64,000 nucleotides of DNA from Chiloscyllium plagiosum (lineage: Eukaryota). Below are positions 58,986 to 64,000 of this stretch, piece after piece. The stretch spans positions 103,156,985 through 103,220,984 of the forward strand of contig NC_057717.1 of NCBI RefSeq assembly GCF_004010195.1, in the 5' to 3' direction. The translations under genes and the position numbers were made by a program. Every line of letters begins with the position of its first letter. Within the stretch, counting starts at the first letter, position 1. The notes under the pieces were generated by a model. The model was given only the letters and a program-made list of their open reading frames with translations. It had not been told where the DNA came from and did no database searches.

Positions 58986-61599
58986 TGTTCGTTTTCAGTT
59001 TTAAAATGTAGAGGAGGCCATAAATTGAGAAACCTCTGCAACTCTGAAGGAGAGAATTCCAACCATTCACAATCCTCAGAGTGAAGAACTCTCTCTGTCT
59101 CTTAGTGCTCATGGGTGAGCTCCTAAGACCGATAGTTCTAGATTCTACAGCCAGGACAATTAAACTCTCAACACTGATTCACAAAGCCCTCGGGCATGTT
59201 GTATATTTAAGACATCTGCTCATCAGCTTCAGACAGTAGAGGCTCACTGTGCTGGAAAATATTTTGAATGGGTTCAGGATTTGGAAGGAAGCAGATTTGA
59301 TAAAAAGTCTATTGCATTGATGTGAAAGAAACATTAAAAATATTAGCAGGAGTAGGGAATATGGATTATAACCAGGACTGACTTCTACATCAACTTCACT
59401 GTCCAAATGCAGAGGCTAGACATCCTCTGTAGAGGGGATTTACTCTGTATCTAACCTCACCCTCCCCTGGAAATGTTTAATAGGGTGACAATGTAGAGGC
59501 AGCAAGTAACTCATGTCCTCACTTCCAAAAATCTTTACCGAGACACTGGGTGGAAATGGAACTTTATCCCACTGGCAGGGGTTGAGGTGAATGTCTGAGA
59601 TGTATTGATGGGAAGCTGGATAGCCATGTGAGGCAGAATGGAATGGAAGTGTTCGACAATGAAGGGCAGACTACAAGATTGAGCTGTTGGGCTGAATGGC
59701 CTGTTTTCATGCAGTACATTCAATGCAATATGACACTCGTTTTAAATATCAATGATCGCAAGTAGACTTCAAGTCCTTTGAAAATCTTACAGCAAGTCAC
59801 TCACCTTCTGACTCCCCAGACTCTGTTGACCATCTACAAGCCACAGGTCAGAAGGATGATGGAATATTCCCCATTTGCCTCAATGGGTGCAGCTCCAACA
59901 AAACTCAAGAAGCTTGACAGCATCCAGGACAGGCAATAAATGCTGCCCCAACCAGCAATGCCCACATCCAAGAAGTTAATTAAACAAAAATGTAGATTCA
60001 TTAAATGGATGTGGGCTTGTTTCCTATAGATAACACAATTGACCAGGTCAATGCCATCACATGTGGTTGGTGGAAATTGTAAAAATGAGTAATTCATCCC
60101 ATCCTCTAGTGGGTGCTGTACTTGTAGATAAGAGGCTAATCCTTCTGTCTATCAACTTAACAGATCAAAATTGTCTCCATTGTCTTCAATTCTTAAATGA
60201 TTTTTCTCCCCATCAGGATTCTCTGAGATTTGCTCTCAGGATTCCAACCTGACAACTTTTTCCCAGGGCAGATATGTCTATCAGGAGGGAGCACAATTTT
60301 AAGGTGGGTTAAAGATTGGAGGCTGGTTTAGGGGAGATGTCAGAGGTAGGTTCTTTACTCAGAGAGTTGTGGGTGCGTGGAATGCACTGCAAGCGGTGGT
60401 GGTAGAGTCAGATACATTTGGGACATTTAAGCAACTCTTGGATAGGCACATGGAAGTTAGAACAATGCAGGGTATGTAGGTTAGTCTGATCTTAGAGTTG
60501 GATAAAAGGCCGGCACAACATTAAGGGCCAAAGGGCCTGTACTGTTCTATGTTTTATGTTCTGTTCTTGCATTTCTGCCAGCATTGTATTGGATTACTGT
60601 GATGTGCGCAGAGGTAGACCAGGTGGTTACAGTTCATGGTATCTCTACCCCATTGAGATCTGCTGCACTTTGCCAAGATTAGCATCGTGCTGGGGATACC
60701 AATCACTCCTTCATTAAGTTCCTCAGCTTTTCAAGTGGAAGGGGAAATGTGGGATAGATCAGGAAATTTGTTTCTGTAATTGGAGAATGAGCCCCATGTG
60801 GGGTCGGACTTGTACCTTGCATTTATTTACAAAAGCACTGATACAGATGGCCAATGTGATTAACAAAAGCGTGAGGGGAAAAATGGCTGCTGAGCCACAG
60901 GAGGGTATTTTAGGAGATTTGGATTTTCAAATGAGTATTTGTAGGAGGCAGACAAACAAGCAGAGATGTTTACGGAAGGGATTACAGAGCTTCGTGTCTA
61001 TGGTTTGCTGCTATGTTGGTGCTTCCTCTGGAACCAGGTAGACAAATGGTAAATCTCAACAGGAGCAAAGATGCATAATTTAAGTGTATTGGCTGTGGTA
61101 AATTATCCAGAGTGTTCAGGGATGTGTAGGTTAGGTGCGTTAGTCATGGGAAATGCAGGGTTACAGGGATAGGCTAGGGAGATGGGTCTGGGTGGAATGG
61201 GTTGGTGTGATTTTGTTGGGCCAAGTCGCCTGTTTCCACACTGTAGGGATTCCATGTCTATGACAGATTCTAGGAACACTTTATTGGCAATGATCACACC
61301 TCGACAACCAATCCTAGTCTGCGCTCAAGCACCTGCTCCTCAGGTCACCTGACCATTTTTATAAAGAGTCAGCACCCCCAACTCCATACAGAACAGTTGC
61401 CAACTCCATTTTGGCTTGTTCCTTGTGGTTTCGTACCTTGACATCTAGCTGTCACAACCAATCAAAAAGATTTCCAAAAACATTTCAGAACTGAGATTGG
61501 TTGGTAAGTCAACTCTGATTTTATTCGTACATTTCCCCCATTTCTTTCTCCACGACAACAATGCAGCCAATCAGAGACTGGTGTCTAATACAGGGCAGA

Positions 61600-62140
61600 T
61601 AGGTTGAGTTCAGGTCTAAATCAAGTCATGCCCACAATTTAGACTGAAACCTCTGGGCGGCACTTAAGGATTCCTGCACTGTCAGAGATGCTGTTATTCA
61701 GACATGACATTAAACATAGGTCACGCTCATAATTCCTCTCCCTGGAGGATAGAAAGTATCCCACACAGCACTATCCAAAGAAGGGAAGGGAATTTCTGCT
61801 TCATTAAGCTCAATTCCTTTCGTGTCGCTGGATTTCTGGAACTCTCTTCCTAACAACACCACATGGATCACAGAAGGCAACTCACCACCATCTTCTAGAG
61901 GGCAAATAGAGAAGGGCAATGAATACTGGTCTAGTCAGCAGTATTCACGTTCCATGAACAAATAAAGAAGAAAACAGATTATCTGGTCATTATTACATTT
62001 CTGTTTAGAGGAGCTTGCTGTGTGCAAACTGAGTCCTGTGTTTCCCTGCACCTCAGGAGTGAATGCACCTCAGTAGTATTTTATTGTCTTGTATATTCCT
62101 AAGATCAGGGAAGGTACTATATAAACGCAGGACCTATCTT
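61600..62140 (+). mobile_element. DeuSINE-like element interrupted by a LINE tail (~61830-61970)
   Basis: CTGCACTGTCAGAGATGCTG...AAACAGATTATCTGGTCATTATTACATTTCTGTTT...TACTATATAAACGCAG. Confidence 0.55.
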
Positions 62141-62184
62141 CTTTACTGGTTTGGATGCTGCCGTGTGTAAATCACTCAATGTCA

Positions 62185-62757
62185 TAGAATCATAGAGATC
62201 TACAACACAGGAACAGGCATATTGGTCCAACTCATCCATGCCAACCAGATATCCTAAATTAATCTAATCCCATTGGCCTTGATCCCTCCAAACCTTCCTA
62301 TTCGTATACCCATCCAGATGCCTTTTAAATGTTGCAATCGTACCAGCCTCCACCACTTCCGCTGGCAGCTCATTCCATACATGCACCACCCTCTGTGTGG
62401 AAAAGTTGCCCCTCAGGTCCTTTTTAAATCTTTCCCCTCTCACCTTATGCCCTCTAGACTCTCCTACCCTGGGGAAAATACCTTGTCTGTTCATCCTATC
62501 TATGCCCGTCATGATTTTAAAAACTTCTATAAGGTCACCCCTCAGCCTCTGACGCTCCAGGGAAACTAGCCCCAGCCTATTCATCTTCTCCTATAGCTCA
62601 AATTCTCCAATCCTAGTAATACCCTTGAAAATCTTTTCTGAACCCTTTCAAGTTTCATAACATCATTCTTATAGCAGGGCAACCAGAATTGCACACAGAA
62701 TTCCAAAAGCGGTCCAACCATTGTCCCGTATAGCCGCAACATGACCTCCCAACTCCA
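62185..62757 (-). mobile_element. CR1 3' end
   Basis: ORF 62264-62584 LERQRLRGDLIEVFKIM...VHVWNELP. Confidence 0.92.
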
Positions 62758-64000
62758 GAATGTGTGTACTTTATTTCATCTCTGAGTCACTGTTGACTTT
62801 GATTTGTGCTTCCTAAGGTACAGTTTAAAATCTTATGGAACAGCAAGATCCCAGAGGTGATGGTTGATCTGTATTGATTTATATCGAATTATGACAACAT
62901 CGGAGACATAGATACAGGCCATTCAGCCCTGTTGATCTATTCTGGTCTTCATAATCCAAACCAGCCTCCTTTCTTGCCCCATCTTACTTCAACTCTCTCC
63001 AATCAAATCATTCTCCAGTTGGTGGCATGAAATTTGAACATTGTTACTGGAGGAAGATCTTGCTGAACTTTCTTGTTTACTTATCAGGACCCACACAAGA
63101 ACGCCAAATTTTAAACCATCACAACAACTTTACGAGAGGAGACAAGGGTGCTAATTGGTTGGCAAGTGGACTCAGATTGGCCGCTGCATTGCCATGGAGA
63201 AAGCAATGGGGAGCAGTGGAAACAAACTTCCGAAGCAGTCAATGCTCTTTCCCCCCCCGTAGCATAAGCGGTTTGAGATTTGGCAATATTGTCTGTCAGT
63301 GTCCTGATGAGTGCAAGATGAAAAGATTCAGTAACATGTCTCTCTTCCCAGCAAGATTTCTCCAATCTCTTTCTTCAGCATATTTATCCAGCTTCCCTGT
63401 TAAACACATCTACTGTATTCATCTCATTCCACATGGTAGTGAACTCTGCATGCTAACCACTCTCTGGGGCAGAGTTGCACTTGATGGGCATTGTGTTATA
63501 GTTTGGCCCATTTCCCTCTCCCTCACCCCATTTACTGAGTGTTAAAATAAACTGACATTCCCAGACCTATTTAATGTGGTGAAGTCATTGAAAACTGTAA
63601 GGACTCAAGTGGAGAGAGCAGTGACTGTACTAGCTCATCTATTATAGTGATTGATCAATACATTGATTATACTTAACAAGGCAGAACTTCAGTAACGGAA
63701 AAATCTCTCTAAAGTCCATGTTCTGGCTTTTTCTTCCCTTTCTTCTTGTCTTCAAGCCCAGTTAAAAGCAGCACTTTTGGGAAATCAGATTCCTGAGAGT
63801 TCTGAAAGAAAATTTTCCCAATGTGAAGCTTTATTCCCAGAGGTCAGGATTGAGCTGGTTGATGGACAGCTGAGTCAATTAGCCTGTTTTCTAATAACAA
63901 CCCTGACTCCTCATGGGCTCTGTTGAAAATCTGAACTTTAGTTTCAAAATCGTGTTTTAATCTTCATCTCAAATTCGATACTGTTTCTAAAGTTAGATCT

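Noticed and set aside
63027..63545. 172-aa ORF as a host gene
   Set aside because: No recognisable domain; the 3' part overlaps a decayed reverse CR1 fragment

Overview
Repeat-dominated vertebrate DNA, most likely from a shark or other elasmobranch. This is inferred from many HE1-like V-SINEs sharing 3' tails with CR1 LINEs. I recognise no host protein-coding gene; the window reads as a gene desert or very large intron. It contains: CR1, L2/CR1-group, RTE and Rex1-like LINE fragments; three tRNA-SINE types; a decayed Mag-like Gypsy element and solo LTRs; several minisatellite/satellite arrays; and two types of Penelope-like element (PLE), one with an open 347-codon RT frame. The most notable signal is about 19 intact, decayed or truncated minimal type-I hammerhead ribozyme motifs (CUGANGA...GAAA..UH) in short PLE-derived cassettes. 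Several have 10-17 bp target-site duplications and several are fold-backs. PLE hammerheads are known in general, so novelty here is unproven. Other oddities: a 129-bp near-perfect inverted duplication inside a SINE, a ~65-bp satellite monomer that also builds dispersed cassettes, and a minisatellite filling a candidate GT-AG intron. Family names come from recognition by eye, not database searches. Repeat boundaries are approximate unless a TSD is quoted. There are three N gaps (35425-35549, 36012-36455, 51346-51430).
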